Below are positions 13,301 through 24,749 of a stretch of DNA of 64,000 nucleotides, one piece after another. Positions within the stretch are counted from its first letter, which is position 1. Each line of letters opens with the position of its first letter. The stretch lies in assembly GCA_030704615.1 (NCBI GenBank), contig CM060731.1:25110001-25174000 (forward strand), read 5' to 3'. A program made the translations under genes and the position numbers. A model generated the notes under the pieces. It was not told the origin of the DNA, made no database searches, and worked only from the letters and a program-made list of their open reading frames with translations. Origin of the DNA: Takakia lepidozioides (taxonomy: Eukaryota; Plantae; Bryophyta).

Positions 13301-16300
13301 TTGCAATTTGCAGGTATATCAGTGTTATTCCCTATCTCAAAGAAATCCTCTGGTACTTCAAACTAGAGGTGTCAACATGCCAATTGTACCCACTGATAGA
13401 AATTCTGAAAATCTAGAAGCCCAATGGGTCTGTCTGCATAGCATACAATGAAAACAGAATCAAGTCACAGCTTGTGTTGTAATATTGTGAAATTTGCTTT
13501 TGACTGATTTGATTTCAAAATCCAAGTGAACGTCCAACTGATAGGAAGTTCTTTAATCTGTGAATGTGTTTGCTAGGACGATGAGGGAGACAATGCATTC
13601 CACATAGCTGCTGACATGGCCAAGATGGTTCGAGAAAATCTTGACTGGATTGCTGTGATGCTGCAACGCCCTAACGCTGCAATAGATGTCAAAAATCACA
13701 GGTCAGTGCTAGCAGACTGGGTGGGTATCTACGTGTTATTTGTTAGCAGCTTAAAGAGCATATGTGGCTTTATAGCTGGTGCATTGATGGAGAGCTTCCC
13801 ATCAAAGGAAATGTCACCCTCTCAGTTGCGTTAATGATGGGCTTCCCCAGCCGATGACATTTGCAAGATAATCTTCAGATGTAGCTATGGCTGAAAGTCC
13901 TACCACCAGTACCCCCACAGTTGAGCAAATTTGTTAGGAAAGGGAACCAAGAGGTACAGAAGAGTTGCCACCCAAGGTTAGCAGTACTGGCAGTTTGGAC
14001 TCGATACTACTGATTTCTTTATTGGAGTTATGCATATAATAAGCTAACTCCAGAAAGAAAGAACAAAGAAGTATGAAATTTATCACATCCACACGAGGCC
14101 CAAAGGGCCCAAGCGTCACATTAGAGATTGCTTGCAACCCTTAAAAGTGAAAGGCCTAAAAGATGGAGTGCCCGATGAGGGTAAGCAGCTAACCATCCTG
14201 ATCTACATAAATTGAAGGCTCTTGAAATGTTGAGCAGTCCCTCAGAGATAATAGAACACAGTAGAGAACAGGGGAAAAGAAAATGATATCTGTCTCCACT
14301 TCCTGCATGTTACTGAATCCTACCCTCGTATCGTCTGTTAACTTGATAGAACCAACTCTGATTGCCGAATCCCTATTGAGGACTTAAGAGCATGGCAGAC
14401 AAGTAGCTCTGACAGCTGAGAGAGAAAGAAGTACGTTTATTACTTTCCCCGGAGGCCCAAAAGGGCTAAGTGACGAAATAGAATCACAAAAGTAGACACA
14501 ACTTAAGTCTGAAACAGAGAGAGAAACAGAGAGACAGACAGATTGTGGAGGCTCAGCATGGAATACTTGTTAGCCATCAGGTTGAGGCTGTGGCTGAAGT
14601 GAGAATGGATAAATTGGAAGCAGTGGCAAAACCTTGCGGGACTTGCTGGAGGCCCTGCCCTGTGAGTGGATATCTGAAGACTTGCTCGACTCACTCTCCT
14701 CCAAGGGCATTCAACTTCCTCCAACCAAGTATGTAGTCTGCCTCTTAAACTGGCTCCCAGGTTGATCAACATGACACGTCTCTCTAGTTCTTGTTGTTTC
14801 TGAAGCTTTGTGGGCTTCTTGTGGTATGTCAGGAAGCTTTTGTTTTGTTTGTTCTTTCTTGCTTTGAGCAGTAGTTGCTTTTGGGCTGTTTTTTGGCTCT
14901 GATTTTGTTTCCTCTCTTGTGTTTTTTCCATTTTGTCCCATAAGCTCTTTGAGCTTTCTAATTCAACCTTGCAGGTTTGAGCCGGGAGATTGGGTGAAGT
15001 TTCGGAGGAGTGTGAAAGTGCCCAAGCATGGGTGGCAGGAAGCAAAGCCCCGCAGTGTGGGCTTTGTGCAAAGCATGGGTGAAAACGGCGAGCTCATCAC
15101 GTCATTCTGCACCGGGGACGCACAGGTTTTGTCTGAAGAGATTGTGAAGGTGGTTCCTCTTGACAGGGGCCAACATGTGCGATTGAAAGCTGATGTTACA
15201 GAGCCCAGGTATGCTTCAAAAAATTTCTGGTGTTTTTTCGTTTTTTGTCTTAATTTGTTGTGGTGGTAGTTACCCTGGTGGGCCAAATCCTTACGTCAGT
15301 AAATACTGGTGCATGTCACTTGTAGAACCATGTACAGAGAGTTCAGCTACATGGCTCACGTCTAACTCATTATGAGACCTTTTTGTCACCAGATTTTTTT
15401 TGTCTTCGGTCGCTGAATTACTCTTCTTGTAGTATGATTTCTGTTCCCCAAAAGAATGTAGGTTCTTATTTTGAACCATTTTTTGTGGTATGTTAATCGA
15501 ACAATAATCCTTATTGCTTGATATCTGAACATTAGCTGGAGCATGTTATGCTGGTCCAATCTCTGTTGGTATCCCTCATGGGATATCTACTGGGAGTTCT
15601 GAAGGATTCTATTGTGGTATACAATTGTTCGCTTTCTTGATCTGAAATTTTCTATCTAGAGTCTTGCTCCTTTATCCCCAGATCATCAACTACGCTTGAA
15701 ACATGTGTGATGAAATGTTGACTTCTGCTGTATGCACAAGTGGCTGTGGCGTTCCTGTTCCTCATTGAGCATTTAACATGACAACAAACTATGGAGGTCA
15801 GTCTGTGTTTGACCAAGAAATGAGAAAGATAAAGTGAGCTACAGTCTGGGTCATTGCAGGTATGGATGGCGTGGTCAGTCACGTGAGAGCATTGGCACAG
15901 TGCTCTGTATAGATGACGATGGAATTCTGAGGGTAGGCTTCCCAGGGGCTTCACGTGGCTGGAAAGCAGATCCTGCAGAGATGGAGAGAGTGGAGGAGTT
16001 CAAAATTGGGGACTGGGTGCGCATCCGCCCATCCCTCACAACAGCCAAACATGGACTGGGGCCAGTGACACCTGGTAGCATTGGAGTGGTTTACAGCATT
16101 CGACCTGATAACAGTCTGCTACTGGACTTGAGCTATCTACAGGGTCCATGGCATTGTGAACCTGAGGAAGTTGAGCCTGTGGAACCTTTTAAGGTACACC
16201 TCTACTGTTTCAAGACCTTTTCACTGTCCATGGATGGTGAACATTCTTGTCTAGGCATTTGAAGCACATCTAGGGTATACATATAGTGAGATCATGTTTC

Positions 16301-18835
16301 CATGCCACAGTTGTTGTTCATGACTTAGAACTCAGGATTATAAGCCCTACATTGGCATTGTTGTCCTCCCGATCGCAGGTTGGAGACTGTGTGTGTGTGA
16401 GGAGGTCTGTTGCTGAACCGCGATATGCATGGGGTGGCGAAACACACCATAGTGTTGGAAGGATTAGTGAAGTAAGCAGTGATGGCTTGCTTATGATCGA
16501 TATCACAGGGCGACCTATCTTATGGCAAGCTGACCCTGCAGACATGGAGAAGGTTGAAGATTTTAAGGTTTGTCTCCACCCCAACTTCTTATCTATTGGC
16601 TGAACAACTGTATCAGGTACCGTAAGAGAACACCCTACCTGGATTCTTCCTCCAGCATTATTGTTTTCAAAGGTCTTTTTGTGTGTGGGGGTAAGAAGCA
16701 CAATAATGGGTGTGCGTATTCAGAATTCTTGAGTCCTAGTTCTGAACACCCTTTTGATCTCTTCCATTTGTAGTTTTGTTGTCTTGCTTTGGTGCAGGCA
16801 GGTAGGTGGTACCTTGTTTCATGTGTGGATTTTCACTTTTTCTTCGTTCTTCATCCTTTGTCTGCGAGTCCATTAGCTTTCTGCATCTTCTCAGTGATAG
16901 ATGTGTGCCTATGTAATCACTCAATCCAATTCTTAGAACACGTTTTTAGTTTCTAAGAGTATCATCATTTGACACTACAGGTGGGCGATTGGGTTCGGGT
17001 GAAACCTTCAGTTTCCTCTCCCAAGTATGGGTGGGAAGATGCTACCCGAGGCAGCACTGGCGTTGTTTATTCTTTGGATGAAGAAGGAGATATGGGGGTG
17101 GGTTTTTGCTTCCGCAGCAAACCTTTCACGTGCTCTGTAACAGATATGGAGAAAGTCAACCCTTTTGAGGTGGGTCAAGAGATTCACATCTCACCCACTG
17201 TGACAGAGCCACGACTTGGCTGGTCAACAGAAACTTCAGCAACCACCGGAAAAATCTCGCAAATTGATATGGATGGCACTCTCAATGTGAGAATTTTGTG
17301 CTTGTTTGTCTTGAAATATGTACTGCAAAGTCTGGACAAGCACATCAAACATCTCTTTTCTGTTCAAAAGAATGTGAGGCAACTGCAGGCACAGGAGTCG
17401 GAAGTATGCACGTGAATAAGGTTAATGTGAATGGAATTCCTATTTTCCCACACTGGAAGGGAGGACTACTCCAGATCGAAACTTGATAAATAGATCACAA
17501 TCAAGTGCAATTTTCAATAGACTTGTGGAAACTGGTATGGTAGTAGTTCCTCCAAGCTGACTCTTACTGTTGTGGGGCTGGATGGACCAGGTGAAAGTTG
17601 CAAGCCGTAGTACTCCATGGAGGGTTGCACCAGGTGATGCAGAGCGGCTATCTGGCTTTGAGGTTGGTGACTGGGTGCGATTGAAGACCTCGTTAGGAAC
17701 CAAGCCCAGTTACGACTGGCATGGGGCTGGCAAAGAGAGTATAGCTGTGGTACATAGTGTTTCTGATGCTGGCTACCTAGAACTTGCAGGATGCTTTAGA
17801 ACAGGGCGGTGGATGACACATTATTCAGAAGTGGATAAAGTGCCAGTGCTTAAAATAGGGCAGCATGTGCGTTTTCAGGCAGGCATAACAGAACCTCGAT
17901 GGGGATGGAGGGGCTGTTCTTCTGCCAGTAAAGGTGTGATCATAGGGGTACATGCAGACGGGGAAGTGCGTGTTGCATTTTCTGGACTGACTGCCACATG
18001 GCGTGCGGATCCTGCCAACCTGGAGAAAGATGAGATGTTCGATGTTGGAGACTGGGTCAAAGTGAAGGAGGACATGGTTGAACCAAGGCATGGGTGGAAG
18101 GGTCTCCGTCCTGGGAGCATTGGAGTTGTTCAGGGGATGGCATATGAGAATGAGGAAGAGGTGGAAGGAACGGCTCTCCTAGTCGGCTTCTGTGGGGAGC
18201 AGGAGAGATGGCTTGGATTGCCACACGAAATAGAGAGAGTAGCACCTGTACGAATTGGGCAACAAGTTAGAGTGAAGGCGTCTTTAACGCAACCTAGGTT
18301 TGGGTGGTCTGGCCACAGCCATGGCGACCTAGGGACTGTCACTTCCGTTGATGCTGATGGAAGGTTAAGAATACATTCATCTGTTGGCTCACAAAAGACA
18401 TGGATGCTGGACCCAGCCGAGGTGGAAGTAGTGGAGGAGCAACCCATTCACATTGGGGAATGGGTAAGAGTTAGGCCTTCAATCCCCACCCCAGCCCACC
18501 AATGGGGGGAAGTTACGCACAAGAGTATTGGTGTTGTGCACCGCATCGATGATGAAGGGGACTTGTGGGTTGCCTTCTGCTTCCTAGAGAGGTTGTGGGT
18601 GTGCAAGCCAGCAGAGATGGAAAGGGTACATTCTTTCACGATAGGTGATGTCATAAGGGTAAAGCAGTCAGTGGTCACCCCTCGGTGGGGTTGGGGCATT
18701 GAAACATATGCCAGCCGTGGTGTTGTTGCAGGTGTTGATGCTGATGGAAAGTTGAGAATACGTTTTGCCAGGCGGGAGGGCCGGTTGTGGGTAGGAGATC
18801 CATCTGATGTGGAGCTTAATTCTGAGGCACTTTAG
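7308..18835 (+). CDS. KEG: E3 ubiquitin ligase KEEP ON GOING (RING - kinase - ankyrin repeats - HERC2-like repeats)
   Basis: Exons 7308-8020, 8833-9213, 9706-9936, 10271-10396, 11360-11696, 11959-12116, 12598-12755, 12951-13072, 13179-13313, 13577-13701, 14624-14728, 14975-15208, 15860-16193, 16379-16567, 16981-17286, 17591-18835. C3HC4 RING (CSVC..CGHSFCKEC..CPRC), kinase (MNLKPSNLLL, SDYG, APE), ankyrins (GQTALHIAA, TPLHVA) and repeated GDWVR..PRWGW..DPAEME units. Confidence 0.97.
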
Positions 18836-19958
18836 CATACAGCTTGACACGCACTGAACTAACATATCAAAATTTTGATCATGCCACTGTTATTTGAGTA
18901 TGAGGGTGGAATTATGGGCATCAAGTCAAACGTGCCTTCACAAGACCAACAAGAGCACTGACATCTGTTAGGTGTTCCTGTTCAGGAATTTGTGTACCAG
19001 CCTTGCAAGAGCCGTCCATCCAGAATTAGCAAGGTTAGTTGGTGGCTGCCGCGTGCATGACAGGTTGATGAAGAAAAATGAGACATGTGTGGTTGACCAT
19101 TGCACTGAACGGTACCCTGTGTTGAATTCAACAGCGGCCTACACAGGTGTCAAAGGGCAGGTGAGGGGTAAGAAGATCTCCTCAAGACCTGCGAACGTTC
19201 TTATGCCACAGTTGGCTTCCACATGGGAGCCTGGCACAGGCCAGGGTGAGCAGAAAGGGTAGGGTGGGCTGTTGGGAAATGCATCCTTGCTGCGGCTGAT
19301 TTTAGCCAGTGTGGCAGCCCTGCTATGGGAATGTTGTTTACTTCAAAGGCAATAGATGAGTTTTGTCTGGTGGGCTTGCGATTTTAACCTTGGCATTCTA
19401 GGGCGGGATATTACTTACGAAGGGTTTGCGTTCGGACTTCATGGAAGGTTTCAATCGCACTCCTACCAGGTCCGTTGCCTACTTAAGAATAGATCTAAGA
19501 TCCTGTGTGCATCATGGCCAATCCACTGTACAGGTTACTCTCACTGACAAGAGGGATTTTCTACTAATACGCGATGGACAGAGAAGGAAATACTTGGTTC
19601 TTACATTAGATAAAGCAATTATACTTCCTGTAACATTTTTAATCTTATGTGGTGATTCTATGAAGACTGGCACTTTGCAGCAGACTTGCAATATATTTGA
19701 AGTTCATTCATTGAAAACATCCGTGGAGTGTGTCGATATAGACACCCTCTCTGTATTGGCTTTTTATAGTGGGATTTGCTTGATGTCGATAAAATCCAGG
19801 CCCTTCAGAAGCATCATGCAGGGTCTTTGGGGGATTCGGTCAATCTGCAGTGATGTGACCACTGCATCTTATAAGTCTGCTATTTTTTGTGTAGCAAAAT
19901 ATGCTGCGCTGCAGATCTGGATCGGTCACTGCAGTCATCATTGATTCTTGGAGTTGAC

Positions 19959-20112
19959 TTGTTTATGAATGATGCAAATATAACGCGAACGGAGTTCATT
20001 GGGCCAACTACTCTCGACTTAACTGACCATGGACATTGTTTATGAATGATGCAAATATAACAAGAACAGAGTTCATTGCCAACCACTCGTCTAAACTGAC
20101 CCATTGACATTT
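19959..20112. repeat. Diverged tandem repeat, ~77 bp x2
   Basis: TGTTTATGAATGATGCAAATATAAC..GAAC.GAGTTCATTG..CCAAC.ACTC..AACTGACC..GACATT occurs twice. Confidence 0.85.
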
Positions 20113-20383
20113 TATTGTGCCAATTTTGCAGAAACATGGAAGATTTGTTTTACCAGGTAGTAATCACAGATACCAACAAGATACAAGTTTGAATGACTTA
20201 TTCGATAACAAATGTTCTATCATTGATAATCTTATGTTGCAAATGATGGTGGACACGTGTTCAAGAGGTTGTGTGGTTCGAATAGTCCTTGTAGAGGTAT
20301 CAAAAAATTTGTCGTGCGCATACATATCGCTACACAACTACATCGCTGTCCAAAACCACATAACACATGTGCACACCACACTC

Positions 20384-20480
20384 TAGTATACCACTAGTTC
20401 GCCACTAGTCCAACCACTAGGCTACAACTAGTCAGTCACTAGGCTGCAACTATGTTGCCCACTATGGCAGTCACTAGTCC
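20384..20480. repeat. Short imperfect repeat array (ACTAG core, ~11-12 bp period) in the 3' non-coding part of the Gypsy element
   Basis: CCACTAGTTC GCCACTAGTC CAACCACTAG GCTACAACTAG TCAGTCACTAG GCTGCAACTAT..CCACTATG..TCACTAGTCC. Confidence 0.75.
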
Positions 20481-20745
20481 ACACAATCGTTCCCCTAGCT
20501 GGTGCTTAGGTCCCTCTAAGTTCAGGTAGCCACAAGATGTGATAGTTACCATAGCCTCACTAAGTCCTCCACCACTGTCCCTATTACACTCAAACTCGAT
20601 AGATCAAGAGGCCAGGTGCAAGAGTTGCCCCATCGTTAGTCGCCGTCTTGCAACCTGTGAACTTGAATTTGACATCTCGTGTATTGACTCCTATGAGCTT
20701 GGCCTCCCATGTCTTGTTAGCTGCCTCCAGTCATGTCCACTGCCA

Positions 20746-20900
20746 CTATTCCAAGCAGTGTGGACACAACCAATCTCCGTCAGGAACCTTCTCAAGAGGT
20801 GGTGTCAAGCATCCCATATGCCAACCCCTACGATCACACACCAGCATGGTGGCTGCCCCTTTGGCAGACCCACAGAGCATGCACCTCAAACCTGCAGGTA
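20746..20900 (-). pseudogene. PHD finger at the C-terminus of the Gypsy integrase
   Basis: CMLC..MLVCDR-RGWHMGCLTPPLEKVPDGDWLCPHC is a C4HC3 pattern with the typical H-x2-C..P..VP.G.W.C-x2-C end. The fourth Cys appears lost by a small deletion, and a frameshift separates it from the upstream KDHVRNCA segment. Confidence 0.88.
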
Positions 20901-20949
20901 CCACTGCCAAGTTTGGGTCAACTCTGCCATCGACAGTGGGAAGGACATG

Positions 20950-22200
20950 ACGCACAATTACGCACATGGTCCTTCCAAGTCATGCCATCCCGACCCTCCA
21001 AGATCAGGACTCCTGAGGGTAACACCTCTCGAACCCTCAGAATAACACGTCCTGCAGTGATATCCAGGGTCGTAGGAGTAGTCTGCTGCAAATAAACATA
21101 GTCACCAGGGCTAAACCTCCGAACCCCATGACAATATCATCCACCACGTATAGTGGCATACCTCAACGTATCACGGTGTTGTGCAATGACAAGGTTCTCA
21201 AAAGCCATGGGCATGACTTTCTTGAACAAGTCTACACGCTGATCACATGCACGTACCCACACGTCCGGATCATCAAGGTTAAGGACTTGAGTTGTGTCCC
21301 TACGAATGGCTGCATGCAAATCCGGCTCTCGGCGAAAGAGAAGGAAATATGGTGAGAAAGATGCAAATGATGCTTGTTTGCTGATCCTGCAGCCCATGGC
21401 TAACCAAGGCACCTGAAGATCCCAATCTCCTAGGTGTCATTTCTGCAAGCCATACTTGCGCAAACCCCTCTTCACCGTCTGGACAACTCTCTCTACCAAG
21501 CCATCGGCCTCAGGATGATCCCGAGAAGTGGTGCGGTGGTCTATCAAGGCTTTATCACACAAAGCCTGAAACTCCCCCAAGAACTCTCTCCCTTGGTCCG
21601 TGAGTTCCTCAGCTGGAGCACCAAATCGGCTAAGCACACGATCCAAGAATGCATACGCAGCCCCCTCACTAGCCTTGTCAGGCAATGGAACCAACTCAAT
21701 CCACTTGGAGAAGTGTTCCACCATCACCAACACATATCTGTGGTGACGCATAGTCAGTGACAATGGTCTTGCGAAGTCAAGACTTCACCTGTAGCCCAAT
21801 CCCATGATTGGTAAATTATGTAACTGTGGTGTAGGGGCGTTAAATGAAGCACGCACCCTGTCACACACCATGCACCTAGCCACGAACTGTTGCACCTCTG
21901 TATGCATACCACGCCACCAATACTGCCCCTGCAGTAAACTGTGAGTGCGTCGCACTCCAAAATGCCCCAACTCCTCATAGGCATGCCGCACTAACCGTGC
22001 ACGCTGTGTGGGGTGAGGCACAATCCTCACCCGACCATCCTCCTATACTCGGAGTAGATGTATCCCCTCCCACTTGAACCTCTTGACTCATTGCAGGATC
22101 TGATCCCTCTCCTTGGCAGTCACGGTGGTTGTTATGTCTCCAGTACGGAGGTAGTCCAACACAGCCGAATCCTCATGTATATCTCTGGTACCACCTGGCT
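20950..22200 (-). pseudogene. Retroelement integrase (HHCC zinc finger + DDE core + C-terminal domain), with premature stops
   Basis: ..LGHFGVRRT..YWWRGM..CMVCDR (zinc-binding region); SLDFA (D), LTDQGREF (D), DGLVERVVQT (E); SPYFLLFRREP; FSPGDYVYL. In-frame stops at 22088, 21785, 21437, 21137. Confidence 0.92.
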
Positions 22201-22261
22201 CATCACTAGCCTCAAACACTCCGTCTACAGTCATCCCTGTTGTAGGTCCAACCTGACCTCC

Positions 22262-22500
22262 CAGAGATCTTGAGTCCTCATCTGAATCAAAGACCTCTTC
22301 ATGTCACTGTATCTATAGGGTCTCCGAAAGATTGGCGTGTCAGTGGCCAACTCAATATGGATCTCTTGACCCTTCAGTGCTCCCAAGTTCTTCAAACTGA
22401 AGGCAAAACAATTCTTGTAAGCCCTCAGGAACCGCCGTATATGTCGTCTCTCTCCTCCGGTGACAATGGGTCCAATGTCAGGCTCCCAATTGTCCTCCGT
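22262..22500 (-). pseudogene. N-terminal lead-in of the Gypsy reverse transcriptase, truncated by an internal deletion
   Basis: Manual translation: ..ERRHIRRFLRAYKNCFAFSLKNLGALKGQEIHIELATDTPIFRRPYRYSDMKRSLIQMRTQDL. The sequence then jumps to the pre-integrase linker (GGTRDIHEDSAVLDYL); no YxDD or RNase H motifs lie between. Confidence 0.8.
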
Positions 22501-22849
22501 AACTATAACCTTAAGTCCAGTGGGCTTAGAGGTAGAGGACGCATCCAGTGGTTGCTATGTTGCAACCTCTTGAGTTGTACTCCCTACTGCTCAGTCAATG
22601 ACAAGACCTCATCTTGCCCCATCATCTCATCCTCGAGGACTTCCTCAACCTGAGAAAAATCCCCAGCCTCATCCATCACCGCCACCTTGGCTGCCAACTC
22701 CTTCTGAACCTCGAGCACCTCCCACGTGTGCCATGGATGCCTGCACCCCGTGGTCCTCACATGCTCGCCCCCACTCACTGCCTGTACCGTCTCGGTAGGC
22801 AGAGAGACCATCGAGGGAAGTGTACACCGCACTCTGCGTTGCTCAGCCA

Positions 22850-23810
22850 TAGCCAAGCTGATAATCCAGGTCAAGCAATTGAGATCCATTGTTTGCCCCA
22901 ACACCTGACGACGTGATGCCTCAGAAAGAGACGACACCGCCGTGGTACCAGTGGTAAAACCCATTGCCCGCTCACGCTCGTCAGCATTAGGCTCCACTAA
23001 TTGCTGCAACTGAGCATCCCACAGGAGACCAAATCCACTATCCCGGAAAGCATGCGATCCTGGGAAACTGAGCAGTATAGGTAATGTTGCTCATGGTTGA
23101 CCCACCTTGTTGACCCCTGCCAAAGGCGAACGGTCATCGTGTCTCACACGCTGAGACTGCCTCCCTGTGCCCAGAATGCTATCCACTGTGAGATGTGCTG
23201 GCCGCTGCACCCCATCAAATGCACGCTTGAGCAGTGCGGGTGACATCAAGTTAGTCCACCAAAGCCGTGAACGATGAGCCCGTGACCCCACTGTAGCTGC
23301 ATCTAGCAACACTGCTGATCCAAACCACAACCGGACTTGATGCACACTGGCCATCACCCTGACCCGAGAATCGCCCATCAGTGGCACATTCTCCAAGATG
23401 TATGCTGGAGATACAGCTTGATGAAGCTGCAAGTGGCGCAAACCCCGCACCATCTCCCAAAACAGACCCGACCTCGAGTCTCGCAATCCATTGCCATGCC
23501 CGGCTGATGAATGCCCTTGGCAAGGCCAACCTGCCACTACCAGATCAATGGAGCCAACCCGTTCCAAATCCTGCGCCCCCAGCAACGAAATGTCTGCTAG
23601 CAATGCCTGCTGATATCCACGAACTGCAGACACCGGCAACAACTCAGGGTACCGCTTCACCAACTGAGCAACATGGCGAAGTGAAACGCGTCGTGCAATC
23701 TCATCCCTCTCCACATACAGGTAACGCCGAACTTGTACACCTGCCTGTAACACAGCAGCCAATCCGGTGCTGATCCCACCAAATAAGTCCAGAAGACAAA
23801 TGCCTTCATC
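22850..23810 (-). pseudogene. C5-cytosine DNA methyltransferase domain (DNMT3-like, unpermuted) inside the pol reading frame
   Basis: Motif I LLDLFGGIS (23775-23789), II YLYVE, III ADI, IV DLVVAGWPCQ (catalytic Cys 23520-23522), SGLFWE, VI ILENV (23385-23393), VIII AHRSRLWWTNL. Past one in-frame TGA (23091-23093) come IX ERERAMGF and X RRQVLGQTMD. Confidence 0.93.
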
Positions 23811-24134
23811 CGGATACTGCCACACAATAAGTGTGGTGTCCAATGATGACAACTGAGGTGGTCCTGGTGCAATCCCCGCACTCTCCTCCTCTCCTGACGG
23901 TACAAAAGCCTCCACCCAGGCTTGTTGCACCCGTCGATCAGCATCCCGCTGCAAATCCTTGCTCGTGCCCCACAATGGAGTCTGAGCAACTATGGTAGAC
24001 AACTCCGCCATACCATACATGCCATCCTGCTCTCCCGGAGGTGTCACATCCTCTGAATGAGCGTTGCCCTCAAGCAACTCTCCAGGCCAACTCACTGCCG
24101 CTGTGAATGCTGCTAGTGTCGGCATCTTGCCTCG

Positions 24135-24563
24135 CTAGGCAACCGCAACTCCTCCTATGAACGTCACATGGAGCTGCACACGCCGGCCCTCCCCTGACTG
24201 CCATCCAGGTCTATAAGAAGCCGACTCCTCCCAAAAATCCAGGGTGAAGCCCATGGGGTACAACGTTGCCCCACCAACCAGGACATCGTACGAGACCGCG
24301 TCTGTCACAATGGCCTTGGCTCGCATCACTGAGCCATCTGTAGGATGATCCAGCCGTAGTCTGATAGCCAACTCACGCCGTGTCATGCCCCGAGCCTGCT
24401 CCGATCCTCCCAGAGACGTCTGTATCTGGAAAGGACAAGGCTCCATATCCGCCTTCGTGAGGCCCAAGCCTGCAATAGCAGCTCTGCCCAACATCAATGG
24501 TTGAGCTCCTGAGTCCAACAAGACCCGCAATGGCCGGCACCTCTTGCTTGCCGGTCCATTCAA
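24135..24563 (-). pseudogene. Retroviral-type aspartic protease of the Gypsy element
   Basis: RVLLDSGAQPLML (DSG active site) and YDVLVGG. Same frame as the DNMT ORF, separated only by TAG at 24135-24137. Confidence 0.85.
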
Positions 24564-24749
24564 ACAGAAAATGTCATCCTAGTTGTCTAACATGACAACT
24601 CCAGGTGTCACCATGGTGCGCTCAATAGCTGGCCTAGCTGGAAGCTCCATAAACCTGGCAGCTACAGCTTGCCATGGCGCCGCCGTGGCAGTCTTGACCC
24701 TCAAATCCGAGGATCCCTCCGGCACTACACCTCCCACTATCTTCACAGA

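Larger units (their letters stand above)
20335..24745 (-). mobile_element. Degenerate Ty3/Gypsy LTR-retrotransposon pol fragment with an embedded cytosine methyltransferase (PR-DNMT-[RT/RH deleted]-INT-PHD); gag and LTRs not seen
   Basis: Collinear minus-strand segments: VLLDSGAQ protease, DNMT motifs, the pre-RT segment FAFSLKNLG..IELATDTPIFRRPYRYS, HHCC zinc finger, DDE integrase and PHD. Integrase downstream of the RT position is the Gypsy order. GC-rich block with an abrupt edge at ~24745. Confidence 0.9.

Noticed and set aside
7111-18865. Numerous antisense ORFs over KEG and Gypsy coding regions
   Set aside because: Shadow ORFs of the real coding strand.
19426-19944. 172-aa ORF; ASC..GLWG(D) might be an OTU-protease remnant of a Helentron
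   Set aside because: The match needs two frameshifts and no clear catalytic Cys/His motif is visible; it cannot be supported without an HMM search.
20335-20640. 3' LTR and polypurine tract of the Gypsy element
   Set aside because: No second LTR copy, no clear TG..CA boundaries and no convincing PPT.
22850-23810. DNMT as a host DRM/CMT/MET1 gene or bacterial contaminant
   Set aside because: It has no introns and no UBA/BAH/chromo domains, its motifs are unpermuted, and it sits in frame between a retroelement protease and the RT lead-in.
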